This document shows positions 10,109 to 20,820 of a stretch of DNA of 64,000 nt, one piece after another. The stretch is taken from the NCBI GenBank assembly GCA_003141195.1, contig PLLC01000087.1, forward strand, positions 2,875 through 66,874, in the 5' to 3' direction. The notes under the pieces are model-generated. The model did no database searches. It saw nothing but the letters and a program-made list of their open reading frames with translations, and was not told the DNA's origin. Positions within the stretch are counted from its first letter, which is position 1; each line of letters opens with the position of its first letter. This DNA is from Syntrophaceae bacterium (GTDB lineage: Bacteria > Desulfobacterota > Syntrophia > Syntrophales > UBA5619). The position numbers and the translations under genes were made by a program.

Positions 10109-10121
10109 TGGCGTATCCCCC

Positions 10122-11003
10122 CTATGCCTTCTCGGCGATCTTCTCGCCGAAGATCCCCTGCGGACGCAGAAGGAGAACAAGGATCAGAATGATGAAGGCG
10201 AAGGCGTCACGATAGGCGCTGGAGACATAATAGGCCGCGAATACCTCGATCACGCCCAGGAAGAGGCCCCCCAGGATCGCCCCGGGGATACTCCCGAATC
10301 CCCCCACAATGGACGAGCAGAACGCCTTGACCCCGATCATCGCTCCCATGTCCTTGGTAACAAAGAAAATGGGTCCCACCAGGATTCCGGCCGCCGCCCC
10401 GAGAATCGAGCTGTAAACGAAGGTGACGGCGATCATCGTCGCCACCCGGATGCCCAGGAGCCGCGCCATCTGCTTGTCCTGCGCCGTGGCCAGCATCTTT
10501 TTGCCCAGCATGGTCTTTTCGAAGAAGAAGTACTGGAAGCCGAGCAGGGCCAGGGTGCACAAGATGATCACGATGTACTGGGGATCCACGAACACCCCGA
10601 AGAAGTTCAACGCCTCCGGGGAGGTCGGTCGCGGCATGGACAACGGCTCCGCGCCGAAGATGAGCTGCGCCCCGTTCTTCAGAAAGATGCCCACACCGAT
10701 GGTGCTGATGATGACCGGCAGGAAGCTGCGGTTACGCAGGGGGTAGTAGGCAATACGCTCGAAGACGATGCCGAAGATGCCCATGAAGACGACGGTGATC
10801 ACGCAGGTCATGGCAAAGGAGAGATTCAGGTAGGACATCAGCCACACGGCTACGAAGGCCGGGACCATCGCGAACTCACCCTGCGCGAAATTGACGACGT
10901 TTACCGCATTGAAGATCAGGACGAACCCCAGTGCCACAAGGGCGTATATGGAACCCATGGCCAAGCCTGCGACTACCATTTGAAGATTTGTAGACCAATC
11001 CAT
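10122..11003 (-). CDS. livH: LivH-like ABC transporter permease
   Basis: 293 aa hydrophobic protein. The N-terminus MDWSTNLQMVVAGLAMGSIYALVALGF is typical of LivH. Confidence 0.85.
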   Translation of the reverse strand: MDWSTNLQMVVAGLAMGSIYALVALGFVLIFNAVNVVNFAQGEFAMVPAFVAVWLMSYLNLSFAMTCVITVVFMGIFGIVFERIAYYPLRNRSFLPVIISTIGVGIFLKNGAQLIFGAEPLSMPRPTSPEALNFFGVFVDPQYIVIILCTLALLGFQYFFFEKTMLGKKMLATAQDKQMARLLGIRVATMIAVTFVYSSILGAAAGILVGPIFFVTKDMGAMIGVKAFCSSIVGGFGSIPGAILGGLFLGVIEVFAAYYVSSAYRDAFAFIILILVLLLRPQGIFGEKIAEKA

Positions 11004-11093
11004 TCAGAATCCCTCCTCAAATGCATCCGGTCCCGGCATACAGCCATCCCGGGAACGGATGCATGTTGTGTCGACCCATGCGCCGGGAGATGC

Positions 11094-12236
11094 CTATTTC
11101 GAACCCACGTTAACGATTTTCAGCAGTTTCTGCTGGCCCTTCTCGATCTGGACAATGCTCACCTCGCTCAGGCCGTCGCCGTTCGGCGTAAAGGAAAAGG
11201 TGCCTTGGGCGCCCTGATATCCTTGCGTGGCCAGGATGGCTTCCCGTATCTTGGCCCGATCTTCCCCGGCCTTCTTGATGGCGTTGACCAGGATCTTCAG
11301 ACCGTCATAAGTCCAAACGCTGAGGCTGTCGAACTCCGCATTGTACTCCTTCTTGTAGGCGTCGGCGTAGCTCTTGTTCTCCTTGCTCTGTCCCGGCACG
11401 AAATCGACCACGGCCCAAATCCCCTCGGCAGCCTCCTTGGCAAGGTTCAGGCTGTCTTTCGATGCGGCGCTGGGCGAGCCGAGAAACTTGAAAGGGGAGC
11501 CGATCTGGCGCATTTGGCGCTGGAGCAACGCCGTAGCTTCCTCGTGGCCGTAGAAGACCAGGATCTGAGCGCCTGCGTTCTTCATGGCCAGGAGCTCCGC
11601 AGTGAAGTCCTTCGCCGCGGTCGTGCACTTCTCCCGCCTCACCACCGTCAGCCCTGCCTCCTTGGCGTATTTTTCCACCAGATCGGCGCCGCCGGTGCCA
11701 AAGGCGTCTGCATCGTGAATGAGTCCGATCTTTGTTAACTTGGTGTCTTCCTTTATGTATTTCACCATGGCGCCGGCGGCGACGGAGTCATCGGGCCGCA
11801 CGCGGAACAGCCAGGGGTTTCCCTGTTTGGTGATGTTGACATTGGTGGCGCCGATAATCGTGGGTATGCCATAGTTTTTGGTGGCATCCGCCGTGGCCAT
11901 GACCTGGGTGCTGTAGAGGCAGCCGACCATGGCCAGCACCTTCTCCTGCTCCACGGCCTTCTGCAGCGCCGCCAGCGCGCCGGGGTTCGTGGACTGATTG
12001 TCGATGATCCTAAGATCGATCTTCTTCCCGTTCACCCCGCCGGCGGCATTGATCTCCTTGAGGGCCAGATTAATCGACTTGACCTGGAGAGATCCCCCTG
12101 CCGCGTGTACACCCGTGATGGGGGGGGTAAATCCGATCCGGATCTCGTCAGCCGCCGTCGCAATGCCGCTGCCGAAAATGGCCACGATCATGACGGATAA
12201 AAAAGTAACCGATAAGATGCGCTTTACGTTTGTCAT
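11094..12236 (-). CDS. Periplasmic substrate-binding protein (LivJ/K-like type 1 PBP), copy 1
   Basis: 380 aa with a signal peptide; IGFTPPITG...NPWLFRVRP pattern. Confidence 0.8.
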   Translation of the reverse strand: MTNVKRILSVTFLSVMIVAIFGSGIATAADEIRIGFTPPITGVHAAGGSLQVKSINLALKEINAAGGVNGKKIDLRIIDNQSTNPGALAALQKAVEQEKVLAMVGCLYSTQVMATADATKNYGIPTIIGATNVNITKQGNPWLFRVRPDDSVAAGAMVKYIKEDTKLTKIGLIHDADAFGTGGADLVEKYAKEAGLTVVRREKCTTAAKDFTAELLAMKNAGAQILVFYGHEEATALLQRQMRQIGSPFKFLGSPSAASKDSLNLAKEAAEGIWAVVDFVPGQSKENKSYADAYKKEYNAEFDSLSVWTYDGLKILVNAIKKAGEDRAKIREAILATQGYQGAQGTFSFTPNGDGLSEVSIVQIEKGQQKLLKIVNVGSK

Positions 12237-12427
12237 ACCTTCCTCCCTCTTTCTGTTTGATAAGGTTCGATAAAAAACTCACTTTGGGGCAAACCGATTC
12301 AATCTCTAATCCATGCTGTCTCCAGGGAACTGAACGAATGATCACCCCCTTTCATTTGGTGCATTTTGATCCACTTGCATTTCGCCTCTGTCGTTACCAA
12401 CTCACCCTTGTCGAGTGAGGCCGTCGT

Positions 12428-14956
12428 TTAAAGCAGTGGTCTGGATGGGTTAAAGTTTCCCGAGGGATCCCAACGTTGCTTAAGGGCCGTCATTAGACGA
12501 GTCCCACTCCGGTCTTTAAAAATACGATTATGATCTGGTGGTGTTTTACTTATGTCAATAGCATATCCATTCAATTGGAGCGCATTCTGGGCAAGACAGG
12601 CATGGTCATCGTTGCCGAGATAGAGACAACCATTGGCAATATCAATGAGTACCGCGTTGGATGCCATGTCATCAGGTTGATTACTGATCAATTCAAGCAA
12701 ATCTCCCGGAGCTACACCATATTTGACCAGAGGCCCCGTATCGCAACCGGAGCGGACCCAATCCGCCCAGATGGCCGTCCCGTCATTAGATTCAACGGCA
12801 TCGATGGCTGTAAGATCATTGGCCGTTGCGATGCGTTGGAGCAGGCTTGCTTCAATTTGAATATCTTCCGGCAACCCTTCGAATGTACATATTAAATTCC
12901 CCTGCAATGCATCTTTTTCCTTGATCCATAATATGGCTGAGGCATTGAAAGTTTGCTGGTACACGGCTAATCCCGTCCGGATCGCCTGGGCAGGGTCCCT
13001 GACAGGAATAGAATAGGTGGTACGCATTTTGGGGTTGGCCTGTACTTTGAATGTCACGCTCGCAATCATTCCAAGGCAGCCGAATGATCCGATGAACAAT
13101 TTGGGCAAATCATATCCGGCAACATTTTTCACAAGAGGTTTTCCGGCATCGATCACCCGGCCGTCCGGCAGGATCACTGTCATGCAAAGCAGAAGATCCC
13201 TGATCCCCCCATAGCGGGTACGCAGCGGGGCATTGAGATTGGCGGCCACGAACCCGCCGAGGGTTGTTTCATCCCATGGCGAAACCAGTGGAAGATAGAG
13301 ATCCTTCGATTCGAGAAAGCTCCGCAAGTCCCGTAATGTAGTTCCTGCTCCCGCAACGATGTACATATCATCCGGAATGAAAGATATGACGCCATCCAAT
13401 GTTCGACTGGACAGGTAGAGATCCCCGGAAGGCGAAACACCCTCGGGCACCTGATGCCCGACGACAAACACCTTGGACGGGGGTACGGATTCGGCGGCTG
13501 TTCGAATCTTGTCTGCGAGAGTCTGTACGGCCGGGAGGACCCGGCATTGCGGGATGAGCTCAGGATCCGGCGGGACGGTGGGGAACATTTTATCCGGGTT
13601 GAACCGATTCTGCGGATCAAATACGGCCTTGAGATCCCTCATGACAGCAAGTTCATCGGGTGTATGCATAAAACTCATGAATTCGCGCTTTTCAACCCCG
13701 ATCCCGTGCTCGCCCGATATGGTCCCGCCCAGACGCACGGCTTCCTGCATCATGAGCTTGCCTGTCTCACGAACATTCTCCATCAATTTCTCATCGTCCG
13801 CATCCTTTATGAGGATGTGGGGATGCAGGTTGCCATCGCCTGCATGGGAAACGTAATATATGGGCAAGCCACGATCTTCACAGATTCTTGTCATCCGACG
13901 CAGGGCTTCCCCCAACAAGGATCGTGGTACTGTAGGGTCCACCGCTAAAAAAGCAGATGCAAGCCGTGCCAAGGCACCTGCTGTACTTTTCCGGGCAAAC
14001 CAGATGGCGGCTCTCTCTTCTTCGTCCTTTGCGCTGCGAAAGCCAAAGGCGTTAAATCGCTTTATTATTTCTATGATTAGATCGATTTGGGGTTGCAAGC
14101 CGGCCGAATAGCCGTCCACCTCGATGATCAACGCCGCTCCGGCCTGCACCGGCAGACCCGCATGTGTATAATCTTCCAGGATCTCCATGATCTTCTGATC
14201 CATCAATTCAAGCGTGGCCGGGACAATGCCGTTGGCAATGATTGCCGAGACGGCAGAACACGCCTGATCGACGGAATCGAATGCCGCCATCATGGTCATC
14301 ACCGCAGGGGGCTTTTTTAACAACCTGACCGTCGCACTGGTGATCATCCCCAATGTCCCTTCACTCCCGGTCAGCAAGCCGGGCAACTCGATGCCCGGAT
14401 AATCGAGCGCCGGGCCGCCCAGGGTGATGCATTGCGCATCCGGCAGAACCACTTCCATCCCCATCACGTAATTGGTCGTTACGCCATATTTCAAACAATG
14501 AGGTCCGCCGGCATTTTCTGCGATGGTACCGCCCAGGGTCGCCGAACGGTCGCTGCCCGGATCGGGGGGATAATATAAACCCCTCTCGGCAACAGCATCG
14601 GAGAAATGAAGCGTGATGACGCCGGGCTGGAAGCGCGCCCGCAGACCCGTTCCGTCGATTTCCTGGATTTCTTTCATCCGCGAAAATTCTACGATCAAAC
14701 CGCCCTTTGCCGAAACAGCACCCCCGGAAAGACCTGTTCCTGAGCCGCGGGCCGAAATGGGTATCCGGTGATCGCGGCACCACTCCACGACACGGATGAC
14801 ATCCCCTGTATTGGCGGGAAAAACGACCGCCAAAGGCTTTTCCCGGTCCACACCGGCATCAATTTCATATGTCATTAATTCCACAGCGTCACTGATCACA
14901 TGATCGGCAGTGAAAAGATCTATTAAAGACATTATCTTATCAGTGGCAGGATTCAT
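12428..14956 (-). CDS. FAD-linked oxidase: GlcD-like half fused to a GlcE-like second FAD-binding half
   Basis: 842 aa. The N-terminal half has an FAD PCMH domain (ARGSGTGLSGGAV) and an oxidase C-terminal domain. The C-terminal ~350 aa form a second FAD-binding domain. Confidence 0.75.
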   Translation of the reverse strand: MNPATDKIMSLIDLFTADHVISDAVELMTYEIDAGVDREKPLAVVFPANTGDVIRVVEWCRDHRIPISARGSGTGLSGGAVSAKGGLIVEFSRMKEIQEIDGTGLRARFQPGVITLHFSDAVAERGLYYPPDPGSDRSATLGGTIAENAGGPHCLKYGVTTNYVMGMEVVLPDAQCITLGGPALDYPGIELPGLLTGSEGTLGMITSATVRLLKKPPAVMTMMAAFDSVDQACSAVSAIIANGIVPATLELMDQKIMEILEDYTHAGLPVQAGAALIIEVDGYSAGLQPQIDLIIEIIKRFNAFGFRSAKDEEERAAIWFARKSTAGALARLASAFLAVDPTVPRSLLGEALRRMTRICEDRGLPIYYVSHAGDGNLHPHILIKDADDEKLMENVRETGKLMMQEAVRLGGTISGEHGIGVEKREFMSFMHTPDELAVMRDLKAVFDPQNRFNPDKMFPTVPPDPELIPQCRVLPAVQTLADKIRTAAESVPPSKVFVVGHQVPEGVSPSGDLYLSSRTLDGVISFIPDDMYIVAGAGTTLRDLRSFLESKDLYLPLVSPWDETTLGGFVAANLNAPLRTRYGGIRDLLLCMTVILPDGRVIDAGKPLVKNVAGYDLPKLFIGSFGCLGMIASVTFKVQANPKMRTTYSIPVRDPAQAIRTGLAVYQQTFNASAILWIKEKDALQGNLICTFEGLPEDIQIEASLLQRIATANDLTAIDAVESNDGTAIWADWVRSGCDTGPLVKYGVAPGDLLELISNQPDDMASNAVLIDIANGCLYLGNDDHACLAQNALQLNGYAIDISKTPPDHNRIFKDRSGTRLMTALKQRWDPSGNFNPSRPLL

Positions 14957-16254
14957 CCTTGGCTTCCCCGAGTGTAAGATTCTTCCAACACTTCCGCGAT
15001 ATGGAGCACCCGCATTGGGTAGTTTGACCGTTTGGTGCCCGCGATCAATTGCATGTGACAGCCCGTGTTGCTCACAATTAGGAGATCGGCTTTTGCAGCC
15101 TTGATATCCTCCATTTTCAGATCAAGGATGGGATTGGCCGTTTGAGGGTGTACGATGTTATAGACGCCGGCCGATCCGCAGCATAAATCGGGACGTTTGA
15201 GTTCCATCAGTTTCAGCCCGGGGATCAAACGGAGTAATTGGCGCGGTTGTTTGCTGATCTTCTGCACATGGCGAAGATGGCAGGAATCGGAATATACGGC
15301 ACGGGCCTGTACAACCCCATTGGGCGGCTCGTGCAGATGATCCAGCATGAATTCACTGAAATCCTGCACCAGTGCAGAAAAACGAGCGGCCCTGGCGGAG
15401 TAGATCGGATCTTCTGTGAATAGTTCCGCATAGTCCTCTTTCAGCGTCGCGCCACACCCCCCGGCATTACTGATGACCGCTTCAAAACCCTGATCCAGAA
15501 AAGCATCGATGTTTTTGCGGGCCAACTCACTGGCAAATTCGAGGTCACCCTGGTGGAGCTGGGCGGCCCCGCAACAGGTTTGCCCGGCTGGAAAATGCAC
15601 TTCATAACCATTGCGCTGCAGAACACGAATGGTAGCGCGATTGGCCTTGGCTATAAATGCTTCCTGCACGCAACCAATAAAAAAAGCAACCTTGCCTCTT
15701 TTCGTGCCGATGGCCGGAGCGGGAAATGCATAATTGAAATATTCGCGGGATATGGGAGGCAGAAGCAGTTCCATCTGTCGCAGCGCCTGAGGCATGAAAT
15801 GCAATGACCGGAAGAGGGACTGCAAACCGCTGTTTTCATACAGCCAGAGCACGGAAGCCAGTACTTTCAGGCGTTCACGGAAAGGCATCAGCTGCTTGAA
15901 CCCAAGCCATTTCAGACCGGCGGCCGCCAAGCTCTCCTTGGTGTTCTGACGAATGGTCATCTGGGCGGCTTTGATCAGGTGGCCGTACTTTACAGCGGAG
16001 GGACAGGCGGTTTCACAGGCCCGGCATCCCAGGCACAACTCGATGTGTCGGGTAAAAGATGATGGCAGTTCGTCCACTTTTAACCGCCCCTTGGCCACGG
16101 CCCGCATCAAGGCGATACGTCCCCGGGGAGAATCCATTTCCGTGCTGTAAATGTGGTATGTCGGACAGACCTGCAAACACATTCCGCAGTGCAAGCAGCG
16201 GAACAATTCACCTTGTACGGCCGGATCCAGCAACCCTGTCTGAAACTGATGCAT
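14953..16254 (-). CDS. GlcF-like (Fe-S)-binding subunit with CCG domains
   Basis: CLHCGMCLQVCP and CLGCRACETACP ferredoxin motifs plus two Cys-rich CCG-type regions. Overlaps the downstream gene start by 4 nt. Confidence 0.75.
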   Translation of the reverse strand: MHQFQTGLLDPAVQGELFRCLHCGMCLQVCPTYHIYSTEMDSPRGRIALMRAVAKGRLKVDELPSSFTRHIELCLGCRACETACPSAVKYGHLIKAAQMTIRQNTKESLAAAGLKWLGFKQLMPFRERLKVLASVLWLYENSGLQSLFRSLHFMPQALRQMELLLPPISREYFNYAFPAPAIGTKRGKVAFFIGCVQEAFIAKANRATIRVLQRNGYEVHFPAGQTCCGAAQLHQGDLEFASELARKNIDAFLDQGFEAVISNAGGCGATLKEDYAELFTEDPIYSARAARFSALVQDFSEFMLDHLHEPPNGVVQARAVYSDSCHLRHVQKISKQPRQLLRLIPGLKLMELKRPDLCCGSAGVYNIVHPQTANPILDLKMEDIKAAKADLLIVSNTGCHMQLIAGTKRSNYPMRVLHIAEVLEESYTRGSQG

Positions 16255-16275
16255 ATCACCTATCCAACGTGCCGT

Positions 16276-17748
16276 TTATGCTTCCCCGGATCTGCTCCCC
16301 CCGGATTCCGTGGCGATGCCGCAGAGCCTCTTTGCCTTACGCTGCTTCCCCTTCAGATCGACCAGGCGGGAAATCATGATTCGCTGCGCCTGGGGAGAAC
16401 CGGCCCCGTGCATCGATTCCGTGAGGTATCCCACGGCAGCGGACCCCAGCGTGAGGTTTTCGATCAGCCGCAGGATGCGCATCCGGTCCTCCACGGGGAC
16501 GCCTTCGACGCCTCGGTAGTATTTTTCGATCCACTTTCCGACATCCGGTGAACGGAGATCCGCTTCCGAGGGCAGGGTAACCATCAGGCCGCCGGCGATA
16601 TCCTGGGCGAGACGGGCGATTTCGTATGGAAACCGGGTAACGTTCTGCTTGTGCACATTGGCCAGAAGGGTGTCGACCAGGTAAGTTCCGCTGGGTTCCG
16701 GGTGGCCTTCCGAAGCGCAGGCAATGCATCCGCAGTAGAGCGTCTCGTTCAACTGGTTCATCTCGATGATCTTGTCTTTGATGTGGGATGCCTTAGCGGC
16801 CCCGTTGTACTCGGCGATCGTCTGCGTCGCGCCGATCAGCACGTCGCCGACCCCCACCTTGCAGGCATAACTCTGGCGGTGGTAGGAGGCGAATTTTTCT
16901 ACCAGCGGCCCGGTAAACTCATACTCCCGGTACATGAAAACCCTCTCCCAAGGAACGAACAGGTGATCGAAGATCACCAGCGCCTCATGTCCGCCGAAGA
17001 AGGAGTTGCCGACGTCCATGCGACCCGCTTCGAGCTTCCGGGTATCGCAGGACTGGCGTCCGATGATATACGTGATTCCCTGCGTATCGCTGGGTACGGC
17101 AAAGGAGACCGCATAATCCTTGTCCTCCTCGCGCATCGCGACGGTCGGCATGACGATGATCTCATGGGAGTTCACCGCGCCGGTCTGGTGGGCCTTCGCC
17201 CCGCTCACCACGATTCCGTCGGGTCTCTCCTCCACGACATGCAGATAGAGATCCGGGTCGGTCTGCTGCCGGGGCGCGAGGCTTCTGTCCCCCTTGGGAT
17301 CCGTCATCGCGCCGTCGCAAGTCAGGTCGTTTTCCTGGACATGGGCCAGGAATTTCAGGAAGCGCTCATTGTATTTTGTGCCGCATTTGGCGTCGATGTC
17401 GTACGTGACGATGGACAGCGCGTTGAGCGCGTCCATTCCCACGCAACGCTGGAAGCAGCAGGCCGTATGACCTCCCAGCATCCGTCCCATTTTGCTTTTC
17501 TTCACCAGGTCGTCCCTGTTCTGATGGATATGGCAGAAGCGGTTGATCCTCTTGCCGGTCAGATGCGACACGGCGGTCATCAGCTCCGCCCATTCCGGCC
17601 GCCCAGCCAGTTCGTACGTGGCGGCTACGGCATTCATGGAAGGCCGAAGGATCGGATCATCTACCACATTTTCAATCCGCTTGCCGAACATATACACTTC
17701 CAGTTCGAGTTTTCTCAGGCTCTCCTCATATTGCCGGGCCGTCATCAT
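16276..17748 (-). CDS. abfD: 4-hydroxybutyryl-CoA dehydratase / vinylacetyl-CoA isomerase family
   Basis: Very close by eye to Clostridium aminobutyricum AbfD, including CCFQRCVGMD and AMTDPKGDR. Start at MMTARQ (17748). Confidence 0.85.
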   Translation of the reverse strand: MMTARQYEESLRKLELEVYMFGKRIENVVDDPILRPSMNAVAATYELAGRPEWAELMTAVSHLTGKRINRFCHIHQNRDDLVKKSKMGRMLGGHTACCFQRCVGMDALNALSIVTYDIDAKCGTKYNERFLKFLAHVQENDLTCDGAMTDPKGDRSLAPRQQTDPDLYLHVVEERPDGIVVSGAKAHQTGAVNSHEIIVMPTVAMREEDKDYAVSFAVPSDTQGITYIIGRQSCDTRKLEAGRMDVGNSFFGGHEALVIFDHLFVPWERVFMYREYEFTGPLVEKFASYHRQSYACKVGVGDVLIGATQTIAEYNGAAKASHIKDKIIEMNQLNETLYCGCIACASEGHPEPSGTYLVDTLLANVHKQNVTRFPYEIARLAQDIAGGLMVTLPSEADLRSPDVGKWIEKYYRGVEGVPVEDRMRILRLIENLTLGSAAVGYLTESMHGAGSPQAQRIMISRLVDLKGKQRKAKRLCGIATESGGSRSGEA

Positions 17749-17780
17749 AACACAATATCTCCTTTCTTTTTTCCGCCGGG

Positions 17781-17857
17781 TCATCACGCCGCATTCGGAA
17801 CCTGGCATCTGTTGATCAAACGCTGCCAGTCATGGTCCACCTGCGTTGCTCCAAACC
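17781..17857 (-). pseudogene. About 75-bp remnant of a 2-oxoacid oxidoreductase beta-subunit 3' end
   Basis: Aligns by eye to 21373..21450, the 3' end of the intact beta-subunit gene (..catctgttgatcaaacgctgccagtcat..). Confidence 0.55.
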
Positions 17858-17886
17858 TGCTCACCCATCAAAACCATGAACGATTA

Positions 17887-19395
17887 TCACGTCGTAATAC
17901 CATCCCGCCAGATACCCATCTCGAAGTACTTGTTGACTTCGGTGTTCGTTCGGACTTCACCATTGGCCACCTTGATGATCAGGGTGAGCAATTCCTCCGT
18001 CAGCGTTTGCATATCCTTTCCACTCAGCAGAGCACCGGCATCGAAGTCGTTCCATTTTCTTTTATGCTTAAAGATGTCGCTGTTCGTGGTCACCCGCAAC
18101 ACTGGCGCCGCAAACCCTCCTGGAGTTCCGCGCCCGGTTGTGAAGAGAATGAGTGTGCAGCCCGCGGCGACCTGGCCGGTGATGCTTACCAGGTCATGCC
18201 CCGGCGCTTCAAAAAGATTAAGGCCGGGAACCTTTAACCTCCTGCCAAAGCGAATGACATCGGCCACCTTGGATTTGCCTCCTTTTTCGATACAACCCAG
18301 GGATTTCTCTTCCAGCGTGGAAAGCCCACCCGCGAAATTTCCCGTGGTGGGATTTCTGCTGACATCGATGCCGTATTTCTTGTAATAAGCTTTGGAGTCG
18401 TTGATCAGCCCGACGATGTCGCGAAACACCCTTTCATCGATCGCCCGATCCATTAGAATCTGCTCGGCGCCGAACATCTCCGGTACTTCCGTCATCACCG
18501 AAGTACCGCCCTGGGCGGTCAGGATGTCGGTGATCTCCCCCACCAGCGGATTTGCGGTCAGACCGGAAAAACCGTCCGAGCCTGCGCAGTTGCTGCCCAC
18601 AATCAGTTTGGATATAGGAACCGTTTCCCGTTGATAGGTTAGGGCGTGGGCGTACAGTTCCCGCAGAAGCTTCAGAGACTCTTCGAATTCATCCTCAACA
18701 TCCTGGTAGGCGATAAATTTGACCCGGGTGGGATCAAAATCTCCGAGGCTCGGTTTAAAGGATGTCAGGTCATTGATCTCACACCCCAGACCGACGAAAA
18801 GGACACCCGCCGCATTGGGGTTTTTCGACATTCCCGCAAGGATCGACCGGGTATAGGACAAATTGAGACCGCTCTCGGCACAACCACACTCGTGGGTAAA
18901 GGGGATGAAGCCGTCGAAATTGGCCGCTGCCGGCATCTCCTTTTCCGCCAAAGTAGCCAGTTTTTCGATGGGCCCGTTGACGCAAAATACGGTGGGAATA
19001 ATATAGATGTAGTTACGAATCCCCACACCACCATCGTTTCGCCGGTAGCCGTTGAAGGTTAATTCTCTGGTGATCAGTGGTTTCATGGCCGGAGCGCGTT
19101 CCGGATGGTACTCATAGGACAGTGCCTCAGTGAGGGCAGATTTCACGTTGTGGGTGTGTACCCATTCCCCTTCCTCGATGTCCCGGGTTGCATAACCGAT
19201 CGGATAACCGTACTTGTGTACCACGCTGCCCTTCTCGATTCTTCGCAGGGCAATTTTGTGGGGAACAGGGATATTAACCTTCACCAAAATGCTTTTTCCT
19301 TTGATATTGATGGTCTCCCCATTCGCAAGCAGTCTGGTCGCCACTGCAACGGGGTCTTTTTCATTGATGACAATCACATCTTTCGTTAACTCCAT
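17887..19395 (-). CDS. UxaA/GarD-family dehydratase, copy 2
   Basis: 502 aa, colinear with copy 1 and about half the residues identical by eye. Same SAF N-terminus and TTGRGTPGG motif. Confidence 0.8.
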   Translation of the reverse strand: MELTKDVIVINEKDPVAVATRLLANGETINIKGKSILVKVNIPVPHKIALRRIEKGSVVHKYGYPIGYATRDIEEGEWVHTHNVKSALTEALSYEYHPERAPAMKPLITRELTFNGYRRNDGGVGIRNYIYIIPTVFCVNGPIEKLATLAEKEMPAAANFDGFIPFTHECGCAESGLNLSYTRSILAGMSKNPNAAGVLFVGLGCEINDLTSFKPSLGDFDPTRVKFIAYQDVEDEFEESLKLLRELYAHALTYQRETVPISKLIVGSNCAGSDGFSGLTANPLVGEITDILTAQGGTSVMTEVPEMFGAEQILMDRAIDERVFRDIVGLINDSKAYYKKYGIDVSRNPTTGNFAGGLSTLEEKSLGCIEKGGKSKVADVIRFGRRLKVPGLNLFEAPGHDLVSITGQVAAGCTLILFTTGRGTPGGFAAPVLRVTTNSDIFKHKRKWNDFDAGALLSGKDMQTLTEELLTLIIKVANGEVRTNTEVNKYFEMGIWRDGITT

Positions 19396-19440
19396 GTTTT
19401 GCCTCCATTATTTCTTCTGAGAAAACCCCCTGCTCCGGGC

Positions 19441-19584
19441 CGAGACCATCACAAATTACCCCTGGGCAAAGTTGACGACATTGACTGCATTGAAAATCAG
19501 GACAAATCCCAGGGCAACCAAGGCATATATTGAGCCCATGGCTAGACCTGCGGCTACCATTTGAAGATTCGTAGACCAATCCAT
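19441..19584 (-). pseudogene. livH: livH 5' fragment (42 codons, then stop)
   Basis: Translates to MDWSTNLQMVAAGLAMGSIYALVALGFVLIFNAVNVVNFAQG-stop, almost identical to the LivH N-terminus at 10878..11003. Confidence 0.8.
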
Positions 19585-19677
19585 TCAAGGTCCTCCTTAG
19601 AGGCATCCAGTCCCCGCATGTAGCCATGCAGCGGGACCGGATGCCTCTCGTGTCTATACGGGCGCGTCGAGAGGTGC

Positions 19678-20820
19678 CTATTTCTTACCCACACTGATGA
19701 TCTTCAGGAGTTTCGGCTGGCCCTTCTCGATCTCAACAATGCTCACCGAACTCAAGCCGTCGCCGTTCGGCGTAAATGAGAAGGTGCCGAGTACGCCTTC
19801 ATATCCCTGAGTGGCCAGGATGGCTTGACGGATTTTGTCGCGATCTTCCCCGGCCTTCTTGATGGCGTTAACCAGGATCTTCAGACCGTCATACGTCCAA
19901 GAGCTGAGCATGTCGGGTTCCTCATTGTATTCCTTCTTGTAGGCATTGCAGTAACGCTTGTTCGCCTCGCTCTGTCCCGGCACGGCATCGACCGCGGCCC
20001 AGATCCCCTCGGCGGCCTCCTGGGCAAGGTTCAGGCTGTCGTTCGATGCGCTGCTGGGCGAACCGAGATACTTGAAGGGGGAGCCGAGTTGGCGTACTTG
20101 GCGCTGGATCACCGCCGTGTCGGGGGAGGGAGAGTAGACGATCATGACCTGCGCCCCGGCATTCTTCAGTGAGAGCAGGAATGCGGTGTAATCCTTGTCT
20201 TTGGGCGTGAACCTCTCCCTTTTAACCATGTTAAGGCCATATTCCTTTGCATATTTTTCGACCAAGTCTCCGCCGCCTTGTCCAAAGGCCTCGGTATCGT
20301 TCAGGATTCCTATTTTGGTGAACTTAGTGTCTTCCTTGATGTACTTCACCATGGCGCTGGCGGCAATAGTGTCATCGGGCCGTACGCGGAACAACCAGGG
20401 GTTCCCCTGCTTGGTGAGGTTGACATTGGTGCCGCCGATTATGGTGGGGATGCCGTAGTTCTTGATGGCATCCGAAGTGGCAAGAATCTGTGTACTTCTT
20501 ACGGAGCCGACCAACGCCAGTACCTTCTCCTGCTCCACGGCCTTCTGTAGCGCCGCCAGTGCACCGGGGTTAGAGGAACGGTTATCCACCATCACGAGGT
20601 TGATCTTCTTTCCATTTATGCCGCCGGCCGCATTGATCTCCTTGAGGGCCAGTTTGATGGACTTGATCTGGAGGGCGCCTTCTGCCGCTGAGTCACCGGT
20701 AATCGGCGGAGTAAATCCAATCTTGATTTCTTCAGCCGCCATTCCAATACCGCTGCCGAAAATGGCCACGATCATGACGGATAAGAAAGTAACCGATAAG
20801 ATGCGCTTTACGTTTGTCAT
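19678..20820 (-). CDS. Periplasmic substrate-binding protein (LivJ/K-like), copy 2
   Basis: Start at MTNVKRILSV (20820). The first 22 residues are identical to copy 1; overall about three quarters are identical by eye. Confidence 0.8.
   Translation of the reverse strand: MTNVKRILSVTFLSVMIVAIFGSGIGMAAEEIKIGFTPPITGDSAAEGALQIKSIKLALKEINAAGGINGKKINLVMVDNRSSNPGALAALQKAVEQEKVLALVGSVRSTQILATSDAIKNYGIPTIIGGTNVNLTKQGNPWLFRVRPDDTIAASAMVKYIKEDTKFTKIGILNDTEAFGQGGGDLVEKYAKEYGLNMVKRERFTPKDKDYTAFLLSLKNAGAQVMIVYSPSPDTAVIQRQVRQLGSPFKYLGSPSSASNDSLNLAQEAAEGIWAAVDAVPGQSEANKRYCNAYKKEYNEEPDMLSSWTYDGLKILVNAIKKAGEDRDKIRQAILATQGYEGVLGTFSFTPNGDGLSSVSIVEIEKGQPKLLKIISVGKK

Noticed and set aside
10035-11738. 567-aa plus-strand ORF spanning livH and the binding-protein gene
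   Set aside because: It is antisense to two well-supported genes. The translation is low-complexity (R/G/D/H/E-rich) with no motifs. It is a typical shadow ORF of GC-rich DNA.
12360-12373. Sigma-54-like TGG...TGCA element (minus strand TGGATCAAAATGCA) in the livJ leader
   Set aside because: The GG-to-GC spacing is 10 nt rather than the 12 nt of the TGGCAC-N5-TTGCA consensus, and the same is true in the paralogous leader.
16651-18237. 528-aa plus-strand ORF
   Set aside because: It is antisense to abfD and the second UxaA-type gene. It has no recognisable domains and is a shadow ORF.
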